DNA of 64,000 nt from contig OZ241326.1 of NCBI GenBank assembly GCA_965199855.1, positions 576,001 through 640,000 on the forward strand, in the 5' to 3' direction. Below are positions 9,171 through 21,157 of this stretch, in pieces (the first letter of the stretch is position 1; each line of letters opens with the position of its first letter). Both the position numbers and the translations under genes were made by a program. Source of the stretch: a bacterium. GTDB lineage: Bacteria; UBA8248. The notes beneath the pieces are model-generated. The model was not told where the DNA came from. It did not search any database and worked only from the letters and a program-made list of their open reading frames with translations.

Positions 9171-10337
9171 ATGCCGCATGAAGCCCCGGCGGATCGCGCG
9201 GAGAGGAGAATCGGCGGCGGCGCCCTCGCGGCGGCCGCGCTCTGGTTCGTCGTCGCCATGCCCTCCCTGAACGCCTTCGGGACGCCGGGCTCCTTCTTTC
9301 ACGTCTCCGACTTCACGCTCAACCTGTTCGGGAAATTCCTGGCCTACGCCATCCTCGCGCTGGGGCTCGACCTGATCTGGGGCTTCACGGGCATCCTGAG
9401 CCTGGGCCACGGCGTGTTCTTCGGCCTCGGCGCCTACTGCATGGGCATGTATCTGACGCTCGGCATCGGCGGCGAGGGGGTCTATCAGAGCAGGTTGCCC
9501 GACTTCATGGTCTGGAACCGGGTGAAGGAGCTGCCCCTGTTCTGGGAGCCGTTTCATTCGTTTCTCTTCACCTCCCTCGCGGCGGCGCTGGCGCCCGGCG
9601 CGCTGGCGGCCGCCTTCGGCTTCCTCGCCTTCAGAACGCGCGTGCGCGGCGTGTATTTCGCCATCATCACGCAGGCCCTCGCCCTCTGCGCCTGGCTCGT
9701 CCTCAACCGCAACGAGGTGAACCTCGGCGGAACGAACGGCCTCACCAACTTCAAGAAAATCCTGGGCTTCGCGCTCGCGGAGGCCTCCACCCAGCGGGGG
9801 CTTTACGTCGTCACCGCCCTCGCGCTTTGCGGGGCGTATCTGCTCTGCCGCTGGATAGCGGACTCCCGCGCGGGGAAGATTCTCCTGGCGATTCGGGACG
9901 CGGAGAGCCGCGTGCTCTACTCGGGCTACACGCCCGCGAACTACAAGGCGTTCGTCTTCACCGTCTCCGCGATGCTGGCGGGAGTCGCCGGCGCGCTGTA
10001 TGCGCCCCAGGTGGGCATCATCACCCCCGGACGAATCGGCGTGCTGCCCTCCATCGAGATGGTCATCTGGGTGGCGGTCGGCGGGCGGGGGTCGCTCATC
10101 GGCGCCGTCGTCGGCGCCGTCGGGGTGAACTGGGCGCGGAGCTGGCTGACGTCGAGCTATCCGGATTACTGGCTCTATTTCCTGGGCGGCGCGTTCATTC
10201 TCGTGGTCCGGTTCTTCCCGGACGGAATCGTCGGCGCGGCGCGCGGGGCGCTGCGAAAGCTGCGGAGGCGGGCGCGCGCGTCGGCGGGGCCGGAAAGCCT
10301 CTCGTCCCGGCGGGGCGAGGCCGGGGGCGAGGCGTGA
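9171..10337 (+). CDS. urtC: Urea ABC transporter permease
   Basis: GKFLAYAILALGLDLIWG, LPDFMVWN, RGVYFAIITQAL, SIEMVIWVAVGGRG. Confidence 0.93.
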   Translation: MPHEAPADRAERRIGGGALAAAALWFVVAMPSLNAFGTPGSFFHVSDFTLNLFGKFLAYAILALGLDLIWGFTGILSLGHGVFFGLGAYCMGMYLTLGIGGEGVYQSRLPDFMVWNRVKELPLFWEPFHSFLFTSLAAALAPGALAAAFGFLAFRTRVRGVYFAIITQALALCAWLVLNRNEVNLGGTNGLTNFKKILGFALAEASTQRGLYVVTALALCGAYLLCRWIADSRAGKILLAIRDAESRVLYSGYTPANYKAFVFTVSAMLAGVAGALYAPQVGIITPGRIGVLPSIEMVIWVAVGGRGSLIGAVVGAVGVNWARSWLTSSYPDYWLYFLGGAFILVVRFFPDGIVGAARGALRKLRRRARASAGPESLSSRRGEAGGEA

Positions 10338-11101
10338 CGCTGACTTCGAGGAGCATTCTCTATCTGGAGGACGTGTTCGTCGTCTTCGACGGCTTCAAGG
10401 CGCTGAACGCGCTGAACTTCGGAATGGACAGGGGGGAGCTGCGCTGCGTCATCGGCCCGAACGGAGCGGGAAAGACCACGCTGCTCGACGTCGTCACCGG
10501 CAAGGTGAAGCCCGACTCCGGCCGGGTGATATTCAAGGAGAAGACCAACCTCGCCCGGATGCGGCAGGAGGAAATCTCGAACGCGGGGGTCGGCAGGAAG
10601 TTCCAGACCCCGACGATTTACGAGAACCTGACGGTGCGCGAGAACATCGAGCTGTCCGTGAAGCAGGAGAAGAAGGTGCTGCCGCTCCTGTTCGCCAAAT
10701 CCCCGCCCGAGGCGCGGGAGAAGGTCGAGGAGACGCTCGACGTCATCGGCCTCGCGTCCAGGGCGGACCGGCGGGCCGGCCTGCTGGCCCACGGCGAGAA
10801 GCAGTGGCTGGAAATCGGCATGGTGGTGGCGCAGGACCCCGACTTGCTGCTCGTGGACGAGCCCGTCGCCGGAATGACCGACAGGGAGACGGAGAAGACG
10901 GCGGATCTTCTGCGGAAGGTCGCCGAGCGCCGCTCGGTTCTCGTCATCGAGCACGACATGAAATTCGTGCGCGACATCGCCGAGCGGGTCACCGTGCTTC
11001 ACGAGGGTGCCGTCATCTGCGAGGGCTCCATCGATCACGTGCGCGGGGATCCGCGCGTCGTCGAGCTCTATCTCGGCAGGGGAGGCGGGGAGCGTGCTTA
11101 G
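10334..11101 (+). CDS. urtD: Urea ABC transporter ATP-binding protein
   Basis: GPNGAGKTT, GRKFQTP, HGEKQWLEIGM, DEPVAGM; GTG overlaps urtC stop. Confidence 0.93.
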   Translation: MTLTSRSILYLEDVFVVFDGFKALNALNFGMDRGELRCVIGPNGAGKTTLLDVVTGKVKPDSGRVIFKEKTNLARMRQEEISNAGVGRKFQTPTIYENLTVRENIELSVKQEKKVLPLLFAKSPPEAREKVEETLDVIGLASRADRRAGLLAHGEKQWLEIGMVVAQDPDLLLVDEPVAGMTDRETEKTADLLRKVAERRSVLVIEHDMKFVRDIAERVTVLHEGAVICEGSIDHVRGDPRVVELYLGRGGGERA

Positions 11102-11789
11102 GGTGGAGAACCTGCGCGCCCGCTACGGGAAGAGCCGCGTCCTGCGGGGGCTGGACATCGAGGTGGGCGCGGGCGAGATCGCGGGCGTCCTCGGCAGAAA
11201 CGGCATGGGCAAGACCACGCTGCTGAAGGCCGTCGCCGGCCTGCTCCGGCCCGAGTCGGGAAAAATCGAATTTCAGGGGCGGGACATCACCTCGGCGAGA
11301 CCGGAGGCGCGCGCCAGGCTCGGGGTGGCCTACGTTCCCCAGGGCCGCGAGATTTTTCCGCAGCTGAGCGTGCGCGAGAATCTTCTGCTGGGGCTCGAGG
11401 CGCATCCGGCGCGCCCCAGGAGCTACGACGAGGGCGTCTTCGAGCTTTTTCCCGCCTTGCGGGAGATGCTCGGTCGAAAGGGCGGGGCGCTGAGCGGAGG
11501 CCAGCAGCAGCAGCTCGCCATCGCCCGCGCCCTGGTGAGCGAACCCAGGCTCCTGCTGCTCGACGAGCCGACCGAGGGCATACAGCCTTCCGTCATCCTG
11601 GACATCGAGAGCGTTCTGTGGAAGATCAAGGAGCGCGGCGAGGTGGGCGTCATTCTGGTGGAGCAGTATCTGGAGTTCGCTTGGCGGCTCTCGGACAAGT
11701 ATTGCGTGATGGAAAAAGGGGAGTTCACGGCCGCCGGAAAGGCGGAGGGCGAGTACGACGGCGCGCTCCTGGAGCGCCTGACCGCCTGA
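11094..11789 (+). CDS. urtE: Urea ABC transporter ATP-binding protein
   Basis: [38 protein letters not shown]. Confidence 0.93.
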   Translation: MLRVENLRARYGKSRVLRGLDIEVGAGEIAGVLGRNGMGKTTLLKAVAGLLRPESGKIEFQGRDITSARPEARARLGVAYVPQGREIFPQLSVRENLLLGLEAHPARPRSYDEGVFELFPALREMLGRKGGALSGGQQQQLAIARALVSEPRLLLLDEPTEGIQPSVILDIESVLWKIKERGEVGVILVEQYLEFAWRLSDKYCVMEKGEFTAAGKAEGEYDGALLERLTA

Positions 11790-11832
11790 GCCGCCCGCGG
11801 AGGGCTTCGGTCTCCGGGAGGGGAGGAGCGTT

Positions 11833-12138
11833 GTGCGCCTGACACCGAGGGAGCGGGAGAAGCTCCTCGTTTTCCTGGCGGCGGAGCTGGCGCGGAAGCG
11901 CCGCGCGCGCGGACTCAGGCTCAATTACCCCGAAGCCGTCAGCATCATCACGGCCGAGGTGCTCGAAGGGGCGCGCGACGGGCGGTCCGTCGCCGAGCTC
12001 ATGCGGCTCGGCGCGGGGATTCTCAGGAGGGCGGACGTCATGGAAGGGGTGCCGGAGATGATTCGCGAGGTGCAGGTGGAGGGCACCTTCCCCGACGGCA
12101 CCAAGCTCGTGACGGTGCACGACCCGATACGCGACTGA
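11833..12138 (+). CDS. ureA: Urease subunit gamma
   Basis: [36 protein letters not shown]. Confidence 0.98.
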   Translation: MRLTPREREKLLVFLAAELARKRRARGLRLNYPEAVSIITAEVLEGARDGRSVAELMRLGAGILRRADVMEGVPEMIREVQVEGTFPDGTKLVTVHDPIRD

Positions 12139-12149
12139 GGGAGAGGCGC

Positions 12150-12521
12150 ATGATACCCGGCGAATATCTTCTGGCGGAGGGCGATATCGTCTTGAACGAG
12201 GGGCGCGAGACCGCCTCCCTCGTCGTGGCGAACCGGGGGGACAGACCCATCCAGGTCGGCTCGCACTTTCATTTTTTCGAGGCGAACCGCCTGCTCGACT
12301 TCGACAGGAGGGCGGCCTTCGGCATGAGGCTGGACATGCCCGCGGGAACGGCCGCGCGCTTCGAGCCGGGCGACGAGAAGGAGGTCGCGCTCGTCGCGTT
12401 CGCCGGCGCGCGCGCCGTCATGGGGCTGAACGGGCTGACGGAGGGCGCGCTCGATTCGGACGCCGCGCGGGAGGGCGCGCTCGAAAGAGCCCGCGCCGAA
12501 GGCTACGGAGGAGCGGGCTGA
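12150..12521 (+). CDS. ureB: Urease subunit beta
   Basis: [35 protein letters not shown]. Confidence 0.98.
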   Translation: MIPGEYLLAEGDIVLNEGRETASLVVANRGDRPIQVGSHFHFFEANRLLDFDRRAAFGMRLDMPAGTAARFEPGDEKEVALVAFAGARAVMGLNGLTEGALDSDAAREGALERARAEGYGGAG

Positions 12522-14233
12522 TGGCGTTCCGGATGGACAGGCGCGCCTACGCCGACATGTTCGGCCCCACGGTCGGGGACAGGGTGCGGCTCGCGGACAC
12601 GGAGCTCTTCATCGAGGTCGAGGAGGATCGCACCGTCTACGGCGATGAGGCGAAGTTCGGCGGCGGCAAGGTCATCCGCGACGGCATGGGGCAGTCGCCC
12701 ACCGAGACGCGCGGCGCGGACGCGCTCGATCTGCTCATCACCAACGCGCTGATTCTCGACTACTGGGGGGTGGTGAAGGCGGACGTCGGCGTCAAGGACG
12801 GGAAGATAGCCGGCGTCGGCAAGTCGGGGAATCCGCACCTCATGGAAGGGGTGGACATGATCATCGGCGCCGCCACGGAGGTGCTGGCGGGCGAGGGGAT
12901 GATACTCACCGCGGGCGGCGTCGACACCCACATCCACTTCATCTGCCCCCAGCAGATAGACGAGGCGCTCTCCTCGGGCGTCACCACCATGTTCGGCGGG
13001 GGAACCGGCCCCGCCACGGGAACGAACGCCACCACCTGCACCCCCGGCGCCTGGAACATCGCCAGAATGCTCCAGGCGGCGGAAGCCTACCCCATGAACG
13101 TCGGCTTTCTGGGAAAGGGCAACGCCTCGCGCCCGGAGCCTTTGGCGGAGCAGATTCGCGCGGGGGCGGCCGGGCTGAAGCTCCATGAAGACTGGGGCAC
13201 CACGCCCGCCGCCATCGACTGCTGCCTGTCCGTGGCGGACGAGATGGACGTGCAGGTGTGCATCCACACCGACACGCTCAACGAATCGGGCTTCGTCGAG
13301 ACCTCCATCGCCGCGCTCGGGGGCAGAACCATCCACACCTACCACACCGAGGGGGCGGGCGGCGGCCACGCGCCCGACATCATCCGCGTGTGCGGCGAAG
13401 CGAACGTGCTGCCCTCCTCGACGAACCCCACGCGCCCCTTCACGGTGAACACCGTGGACGAGCACCTCGACATGCTCATGGTGTGCCACCACCTGGACGG
13501 CGGGATTCCCGAGGACGTGGCCTTCGCCGAGTCGAGAATCCGGGCGGAGACCATCGCGGCCGAGGACGTTCTCCACGACATGGGCGCGTTCAGCATGATG
13601 GGCTCCGACTCCCAGGCCATGGGCCGCGTGGGCGAGGTGATCATCCGCACCTGGCAGACGGCGGACAAGATGAAGCGCCAGCGCGGCGCGCTGCCCGAGG
13701 AGCGCGGCGCGAACGACAACCATCGCGCGAGGCGCTACGTGGCGAAATACACCATCAACCCGGCGATCGCGCACGGAATTTCCGATTACGTGGGCTCGAT
13801 CGAGGCGGGGAAGATGGCGGACCTGGTTCTCTGGAAGCCGGCCTTCTTCGGCGTGAAGCCCGACGTGGTGGTGAAGGGCGGCCTCATCGCGCGCGCGGCG
13901 ATGGGCGACCCCAACGCCTCCATCCCCACCCCGCAGCCCGTTCTGGACCGGCCCATGTTCGGCGCGATGGGAGGGGCGGTCGGCCCGACGGCCTGCGCCT
14001 TCGTCTCGCGGGCGGCGGCCGACGCGCGGGTGGGAGACGCGCTGGGGCTCGCCAAAATCGTGGCGCCGGTCTCGAACTGCCGGGGGATCGGCAAGAAGGA
14101 CATGCGGCTCAACGACGCCCTGCCCGCGATCGACGTGGACCCCGAAACCTACGTGGTGCGGGCGGACGGCGCGGCGCTCGCCTGCGAGCCGGCGAGCGAG
14201 CTGCCCATGGCGCAGCGGTATTTTCTTTTCTAG
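12521..14233 (+). CDS. ureC: Urease subunit alpha
   Basis: [54 protein letters not shown]. Confidence 0.99.
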   Translation: MAFRMDRRAYADMFGPTVGDRVRLADTELFIEVEEDRTVYGDEAKFGGGKVIRDGMGQSPTETRGADALDLLITNALILDYWGVVKADVGVKDGKIAGVGKSGNPHLMEGVDMIIGAATEVLAGEGMILTAGGVDTHIHFICPQQIDEALSSGVTTMFGGGTGPATGTNATTCTPGAWNIARMLQAAEAYPMNVGFLGKGNASRPEPLAEQIRAGAAGLKLHEDWGTTPAAIDCCLSVADEMDVQVCIHTDTLNESGFVETSIAALGGRTIHTYHTEGAGGGHAPDIIRVCGEANVLPSSTNPTRPFTVNTVDEHLDMLMVCHHLDGGIPEDVAFAESRIRAETIAAEDVLHDMGAFSMMGSDSQAMGRVGEVIIRTWQTADKMKRQRGALPEERGANDNHRARRYVAKYTINPAIAHGISDYVGSIEAGKMADLVLWKPAFFGVKPDVVVKGGLIARAAMGDPNASIPTPQPVLDRPMFGAMGGAVGPTACAFVSRAAADARVGDALGLAKIVAPVSNCRGIGKKDMRLNDALPAIDVDPETYVVRADGAALACEPASELPMAQRYFLF

Positions 14234-14241
14234 GAAGCGGG

Positions 14242-14685
14242 ATGATCCTCGTCGAGGAGATCAGGGGCAGGCTCTCCGGGGATGAGCGGAGGCGGGTCGA
14301 GCGCGTGGCGCTGGGCTGGGAGGACAGGCTCAGGAGCCGCCAGCGGGCGCGCTCGGACGCGGGCACGGAGCTCGGCGTCGCCCTGCCGACGGGGAGGGCC
14401 CTGAGCGAGGGCGACGTTCTCTTCGAGGACGATGAGCGCGTCATCGCCGTCTCCGCGATTCCGGAGGACGTGCTGGCGCTCCACGCGGATTCCGCCCTCG
14501 AGCTGGGCCGCCTCTGCTATCAGGTCGGCAACCGCCACGCGCCGATCTGCGTGCGCGAGGATCGCGTTCTCACCCCGTATGACGGCGCGCTCGAGGCGCA
14601 CTTCGAGAAGCTCGGTGTGAGGTGCGAGAAGACGAGGGAGCCCTTCACCCACGACTTCGGCGCCTTTCACGGGCATCGCCACTAG
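14242..14685 (+). CDS. ureE: Urease accessory nickel chaperone UreE
   Basis: [18 protein letters not shown], short His tail HGHRH. Confidence 0.9.
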   Translation: MILVEEIRGRLSGDERRRVERVALGWEDRLRSRQRARSDAGTELGVALPTGRALSEGDVLFEDDERVIAVSAIPEDVLALHADSALELGRLCYQVGNRHAPICVREDRVLTPYDGALEAHFEKLGVRCEKTREPFTHDFGAFHGHRH

Positions 14686-14688
14686 GAG

Positions 14689-15369
14689 ATGAGCGTCTAT
14701 CGGCTCCTGCAGATATCGGACTCCGCCTTTCCGCGCGGGGCCTTCGCCCACTCCTGGGGCCTGGAAGCCTACGCGCAGGAGGGGCGCGTCGCCTCGGCGG
14801 AGGCGCTGGAGGAGCTCATCGCGTCGGTTCTGCGGCACGGCGCGGCCGCGCTCGACGGCGTCTATCTGCGCGAGGCCTTCCTGGCGAGGGAGGAAGGCGA
14901 CCCGGATCGCCTGGCCGCCCTGGACGGCGCCTACGACGCCGCCATGCCCGTGAAGCCGCTGCGGGAGGCGAGCCGGAGCGTGGGCCGCCAGTTCCTGAGA
15001 ACGGCGCGGGGCTTCATCGACGATCCTTTTCTCGGCGATCTGGAGGCCCGGGCGCGCATGGAGCGGATTCGCGCGCATTATCCGCTCGCGTTCGGGTGCG
15101 TCGCCGGCTCTCTGGGCGTCGCCTGCGCGGAGGCGCTGGAATCGTTCTGCTACGGCGTCGTCTCCGGCCTGGTCTCCGCCGCGGTGCGCCTGGTTCCGAT
15201 CGGACAGACGGAAGGCCAGCGCGTCGTCTCGAACCTGGAGGGCGAGGCGCGGGGCGCGGCGGCGCGCGCCATGGAGCTTCCCCTCGAGGACGCGCATTCC
15301 CTGGGGCCGGGGCGCGAGATCAGGGCCATGGCGCACCGGAGGCTGCATACGCGCCTGTTCGTGTCCTGA
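14689..15369 (+). CDS. ureF: Urease accessory protein UreF
   Basis: [32 protein letters not shown]...HTRLFVS. Confidence 0.95.
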   Translation: MSVYRLLQISDSAFPRGAFAHSWGLEAYAQEGRVASAEALEELIASVLRHGAAALDGVYLREAFLAREEGDPDRLAALDGAYDAAMPVKPLREASRSVGRQFLRTARGFIDDPFLGDLEARARMERIRAHYPLAFGCVAGSLGVACAEALESFCYGVVSGLVSAAVRLVPIGQTEGQRVVSNLEGEARGAAARAMELPLEDAHSLGPGREIRAMAHRRLHTRLFVS

Positions 15370-15425
15370 GCGCGAACCTGGCCGGGAGGCTCGCGCGCCC
15401 GCTTCGCTTCCGAATGGAGAGAGGG

Positions 15426-16045
<620 letters not shown>

Positions 16046-16046
<1 letters not shown>

Positions 16047-16894
16047 TGCCGGGCGCGCCCGCGCCGTCCGGGGTGGGACGCCACGGCGCCGCCCTGGCGC
16101 GCTTCGTGCGCGCGGGAGGACGGACGCGGCTCGCGGATTCGTTCTTCAGGGTGCCCCTCCAGCTGATTCGCCCCCACTATCCCGAAGGCGGGGATCCTGC
16201 CCACGTGACGCTGCTCAACCCCACGGGCGGGCACGTGGGCGGAGATCGCCTGGAGCTCGAGATCGCCTTGGGCGAGGGCGCGCGCGTTTTGTGGACGACG
16301 CAGGGGGCGACGAAAATCTACCGGAGCCTGGGCGAGCCGGTGATATCGACGACGGAGATCGAGATGGGCCCGGGAAGCGGCCTCGAGCTTCTGCCCGATC
16401 CGATCATTCCCTACCGAGAATCCATCTACGCGCAGGAGACGAGAATCCGCATGGCCGGGGGCGCGAAGCTCCTCTACGGGGAATCGCTCTATCACGGGCG
16501 CGCCGCCTCGGGCGAGCGCTTCGATTATTCGTCCCTGGAGCTGAGGCTGGGCATCGACCGCGAGGGCGCGCCTCTCCTGCGCGAGGCGATGCGGGTGCAT
16601 CCGGCGGAGTCGGACCCCGAGCGGCTCGGCCTCTTCGAGCCCTACCCCTATCTGGGTTCCTTCTACGTCGTGGGCGGAGAGGACGAGGCGCGCCTCGTCG
16701 CCGAGCAGGCGGACGCGCTTCTGGCGCGCTGGGCGGGGCTGGCCGGCGGCTGCTCGCCGCTGTCGGGGCCGGGCGCGCTGGTTCGCTGGCTCGCGGAGTC
16801 GCCGGAAGTCTTGAGGAAAACGCACTTCGAGGTCTGGCGCATCGCCAGAAAAGCGCTTTTCGGCCGGGAGGCGAAGCCGCTCAGAAAATTCTAG
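16046..16894 (+). CDS. ureD: Urease accessory protein UreD/UreH
   Basis: LLNPTGG.VGGD.L, TTQGATKIYRS, PDPIIPY, GR.ASGERF. Confidence 0.93.
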
Positions 16895-17016
16895 GGACGC
16901 CCCCGCTTCGCTCCATCCGTTGCTTCACTCTTCCGAACGCGTCGAGGCTTTCCTCGCCCGGTCCCCGCCGCGCTTCGGCTTTCGCCGTCCGAGGGCGGGC
17001 CGAAGCGCGGACGCCC

Positions 17017-19335
17017 CTATTCCGCAAGCGGGCCGAAGGCGGGCGGGGGGATGCGCCGCTTCGAGGCCGCCTCGTAGGCCGAGGCGATTTTCAGGAGCGC
17101 GTCCTCCCTGCCGGGTTCGGCGCGGAACACGAGGGAGAAGGGCAGGCCCGGCTCGGGGATGAGAGTCGCCTGATCGTTGGGGGCGGGGACGAACCGGGTT
17201 CCGTCCTCGCTGAGCTCGAAAACGGGGTCGTAGACCGTCCGCACGTAGCCCGCCGGCACGAGCGCCTCCGTCAGCCCGGCGTTCGGCCCGCTCTGCGATT
17301 CGGGCCGCGAGTTCAGCAGGAGGCCGGGCTGGCCCGCGCCTCCGATGACGGCGGGCGGAAGCGGCGTGTGCAGGCGCACGAGGGCGTCGAGCCTGTTTTC
17401 GAGGATCACCATCATGTCGACGCGCCGAAGGAGCTCGCGGAGCATGATGCGCTCGCTCACCCCCTGCCGGCTCCCGAGCGGATTGCGCGGATCGCTCACC
17501 TCCTCCCAGTTCCTGAAGGCGGCGCGCTGGTCGTCGCCCCAGAATTTGGAGCGCGCGTTCAGCTCGGCGAAGCCGGTGAGGGTTTCGGTGAATCCGCGCG
17601 CCTGCCAGTCCTCGGCCCGGCGCGAGAGGTACTGGTGGATGTGGTAGCGGAACGTCATGGCGAGTTCCTGCTGCTGCACGGTGGCGAGGTCGAGGTTGGC
17701 GGGCGGCTCGATTCTCCCCTCGGCCATGTCGAGCATGTAGTCGATGGGCCGCATGCCGCCCGCGCCGAAAATTCTGCCCGGCGCGAATTCGGTGGGGACG
17801 ATGGCCGCGGCGAACTCGGGGAAGAGCGGCTCGCCCTCGGGGGTGAGGCGGAACATGAGGTCGGGCATGAACACGGGCGTGAGCCTTGCGAGGGCGCGCC
17901 GGAAGTCCGTCTTCATCGTCTCGATATCGGGGTCGCTCCGCCAGAGCGGATCGGCGGATTCCAGGAGCGTCGCCCCGAGCTTCCCGCCGAGGACGGTCTT
18001 GATCTCGCGCGCCGCCGCCTCGACGATCGGCTCCTCCGACTTGGAACCCCTCGGATAGACCATGGACTCGCGGATGACGCCGACGCGCGTTCCCGCCAGC
18101 GCGCCCGCCTCGCCGCTCGTTCCCGCGTGCGCCGCGTAGGGCGTCTCCAGGATGGAGGAGCGCGGCACCGTCGTGAACGGATCGCGCGGGTCGTAGTAGC
18201 CGTTTTCCGGATCCTTGAGGGCGTCGAGTATCCGGGCGCAGTCCCGGAGCGTCCGCGCCATGACGCCGCTCCTGTCGCAGTAGATGTCCGCCCCGATGGC
18301 GCCGCCGTCGAAGCCGAGCATCGCCTTGTGCGGGAGGATGAGCGCGACGGCGTTGTGGTTCGAGGGGCCCCGGCAGGAGGCCCGCGTCTCCTCGCCCAGG
18401 CTCGCCATCACCATGTTGACGCTCACCGAGAGCGCCGAGCCGGAACTCGAGCCCAGCGACGCCGCGCGCGCGGTGTCGTAGGGGTTCGAGGGATTCCCGC
18501 CCCAGGAGCTGCGCTGGTAGCCCAGGACGGAGGGCAGCGCCTTCTCGGGCCGGTGCCGGCCGCCCGGGTCGCCCGCGCGGCCGTTGTATTCGGTGCTGAC
18601 GGCCTTGGCGAAGATGACGGCGCCCTTGCTCCTGAGCTGCTCGACGAGAATATGGTCGCGCGCGGGAAAGTCGATGTCGTAGCGGGCGTCGCCCCCGCCC
18701 GTCGAGCGCATGTCCTTCGTGTCGAAGGGATCCTTGAAGGAGAAGACCACGCCGTGCATCGGCATTTTTTCGAGGTCCGGGCTCGCCCCGTATTCGGCGT
18801 CCAGCTCCGCCGCGCGCTCCAGGGCGTCGGGATAGCGCCGGAAGATCTCGCAGACGGGGGGCGCGCCCGGCGGAAGCGGCCCCTCTTCGGGACGCCTGTC
18901 GAAATCGCCCCGGCAGGTGACGGAGCGCTCGCCGCGAATGTTCAGGGTGGCGAGGGCGTTGACTTGGCCCGCGTTCGGGATGCCGGCGATCATGCCGTAT
19001 TGCTGCTGGACGTCCGGGTCGGAGGCCGTGTCCTCCATGCGCCCGAACTCGAGGGGCGGCCCCCTGTATTTGTCGAGGTCGGGCAGAACGTCCGCGGCCT
19101 TCACGGTCTCCGTGGGAAAGCGAAGCGGCGCGCCCCCCCGCACGGCACCCCTGGCCTCGGGAACCGGCGCGCCGTCCTCGGTCACCAGCGCGCTGGCGAC
19201 GCCGTTGTAGGCGCGGACGCGCGCGACGTAGCGCTCTACGGTCTCGACGCAGGTCGTCCGCCCGGAGCGAATCGCCTCCTGCAAATCCTCGATGGTCGCC
19301 TCTTCCAGGCGAAACGCCCCGGCTTCATCTCCCAT
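17017..19335 (-). CDS. Long amidase-signature family protein
   Basis: FSFKDPFDT (Lys), GSSSGS, ETRASCRGPS (nucleophile Ser), C-terminal LLKIASAYE...RIPPP. Confidence 0.88.
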   Translation of the reverse strand: MGDEAGAFRLEEATIEDLQEAIRSGRTTCVETVERYVARVRAYNGVASALVTEDGAPVPEARGAVRGGAPLRFPTETVKAADVLPDLDKYRGPPLEFGRMEDTASDPDVQQQYGMIAGIPNAGQVNALATLNIRGERSVTCRGDFDRRPEEGPLPPGAPPVCEIFRRYPDALERAAELDAEYGASPDLEKMPMHGVVFSFKDPFDTKDMRSTGGGDARYDIDFPARDHILVEQLRSKGAVIFAKAVSTEYNGRAGDPGGRHRPEKALPSVLGYQRSSWGGNPSNPYDTARAASLGSSSGSALSVSVNMVMASLGEETRASCRGPSNHNAVALILPHKAMLGFDGGAIGADIYCDRSGVMARTLRDCARILDALKDPENGYYDPRDPFTTVPRSSILETPYAAHAGTSGEAGALAGTRVGVIRESMVYPRGSKSEEPIVEAAAREIKTVLGGKLGATLLESADPLWRSDPDIETMKTDFRRALARLTPVFMPDLMFRLTPEGEPLFPEFAAAIVPTEFAPGRIFGAGGMRPIDYMLDMAEGRIEPPANLDLATVQQQELAMTFRYHIHQYLSRRAEDWQARGFTETLTGFAELNARSKFWGDDQRAAFRNWEEVSDPRNPLGSRQGVSERIMLRELLRRVDMMVILENRLDALVRLHTPLPPAVIGGAGQPGLLLNSRPESQSGPNAGLTEALVPAGYVRTVYDPVFELSEDGTRFVPAPNDQATLIPEPGLPFSLVFRAEPGREDALLKIASAYEAASKRRIPPPAFGPLAE

Positions 19336-19534
19336 GACGCATCCTTTCCCGTCCTTCCGCGCTCTCCCCCCGCCCCGGCGGACGCGGCGCCTCCCGATCC
19401 CGCAAGCGATGCCGGAATACTATGGGCGGCGCTCCGTTTTCGCAACAGCCGGACGAGCGGCTCTTTTCGCAAAACGGGCGCAGATGTGCGATGATGCGAC
19501 AAACGAAAAGCGAAGCGAACGAAGGGGGCCGGGG

Positions 19535-21157
19535 TTGAAAGACGACGCGACGACGCGCCTGGACGCCCTCGTGGTGGGCGCGGGCATCGCCGGGCTGTTC
19601 ATGCTTTATCGGCTGCGCACCCTGGGCTTCTCGGCGCGCGCGTATGAAGCGGGCGGCGACGTGGGCGGCACCTGGTACTGGAACCGCTACCCGGGCGCGC
19701 GGTGCGACACGGAGAGCGTCCAGTATTCCTATCAATTCTCCGAGGAGCTCCAGCAGGAGTGGGAGTGGAGCGAGCGCTACGCGGGCCAGCCGGAGATTCT
19801 GCGCTACGTCCGCCATGTGGCCGAGCGCTTCGACTTGAGGCGCGACGTCGTCTTCAACGCGCGGGTCGCCTCCGCCGCCTTCGACGAGGAGGCGAGCCGC
19901 TGGCTGGTCGAGATCGAAGGAGGCGAGCGGGTTTCGGCCTCCTTCTGCGTCATGGCCACCGGGTGCCTGTCCTCGCCCAACCTGCCCGCCTTCGAGGGCC
20001 TCGACGACTTTGCGGGCCCCGTCCATCACACCGGCCTCTGGCCGCATGAGCCGGTCGATTTCTCGGGCAGGCGGGTGGGCGTCATCGGCACGGGATCCTC
20101 CGCGATGCAGTCCATCCCCGTCATCGCGCGCGAGGCGGCGCGGCTCCTCGTCTTTCAAAGGACGCCGCATTACGCGGTGCCCGCCCACAACGGCCCCCTG
20201 AGCGAGGAGCGCCTGCGGGAGGTGAAGGCGAATTACGCGGAGCTGAGGGAGAAGGCGCGGAGGCTGCCCGCGGGCTTTTACCAGACGTATAACGACAAGG
20301 CGGCGCTGGAGGTCGGCGAGGACGAGCGCGAGCGCGAATATGAAGAGCGCTGGGCGCGCGGGGGGCTTCCCTTTCTCGCCGCGTTCACGGACCTGCACTT
20401 CAGCGAGGAGGCGAACCGGACCGCGGCCGAGTTCGTCCGCGGCAAGATTCGCCGGATCGTGAACGATCCCGAGACGGCGGAGCTGCTTTGTCCGCGGACG
20501 GTGATCGGGTGCAGGCGCCTTTGCGTGGACACGGGCTACTACGAAACCTACAACCGCCCGAACGTCCGCCTGATCGACGTGAGCGAATCGCCCATCGAGA
20601 GGATAGCGCCCGAAGGGGTGGTGACGGCGGGGCGGCTGCATGAAATCGACGTGCTCGTCCTCGCCACGGGGTTCGACGCCATGACGGGCGCGCTGCTCAA
20701 GGTGGACGTCCGCGGCCGCGCCGGGCGGACGCTCCGGGACAAATGGCGCGAGGGCCCCCGCTCCTACCTGGGCCTCATGACGGAGGGGTTCCCGAACCTG
20801 TTCACCATCACGGGCCCCGGAAGCCCCTCCGTGCTGACCAACATGCACGCTTCCATCGACCACCACGTGGAGTGGATAGGCGCGTGCCTCGCGTTTCTGC
20901 GCGAGCGCGGCCTGGCGGGCATCGAGGCGTCCCCGGAGGCGGAGGACGCCTGGGTGGCGCACAACAACGAGGAGGCCGCCAGGACGCTTCGCTACCGCTG
21001 CGCCTCCTGGTACCTCGGGGCGAACATACCGGGCAAGCCGCGCGTGTTCATGCCCTACATCGCCGGCTTCGACGTGTATGCGAAAAAATGCGCGGAAATC
21101 GTCGAGGCGGGATACGAGGGGTTTCATCTCCTCTCGCGGGAAGGAGACGAGGGATGA
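19535..21157 (+). CDS. Baeyer-Villiger monooxygenase (cyclohexanone monooxygenase-like)
   Basis: GAGIAG, GGTWYWNRYPGARCD, fingerprint FAGPVHHTGLWP, GTGSS; start uncertain (TTG 19535 or ATG 19484). Confidence 0.93.
   Translation: MKDDATTRLDALVVGAGIAGLFMLYRLRTLGFSARAYEAGGDVGGTWYWNRYPGARCDTESVQYSYQFSEELQQEWEWSERYAGQPEILRYVRHVAERFDLRRDVVFNARVASAAFDEEASRWLVEIEGGERVSASFCVMATGCLSSPNLPAFEGLDDFAGPVHHTGLWPHEPVDFSGRRVGVIGTGSSAMQSIPVIAREAARLLVFQRTPHYAVPAHNGPLSEERLREVKANYAELREKARRLPAGFYQTYNDKAALEVGEDEREREYEERWARGGLPFLAAFTDLHFSEEANRTAAEFVRGKIRRIVNDPETAELLCPRTVIGCRRLCVDTGYYETYNRPNVRLIDVSESPIERIAPEGVVTAGRLHEIDVLVLATGFDAMTGALLKVDVRGRAGRTLRDKWREGPRSYLGLMTEGFPNLFTITGPGSPSVLTNMHASIDHHVEWIGACLAFLRERGLAGIEASPEAEDAWVAHNNEEAARTLRYRCASWYLGANIPGKPRVFMPYIAGFDVYAKKCAEIVEAGYEGFHLLSREGDEG

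Noticed and set aside
16291-19494. 1067-aa plus-strand ORF and similar long ORFs (37037-39691, 52376-54688, 40955-43036)
   Set aside because: Antisense or off-frame to well-supported genes; no recognisable motifs
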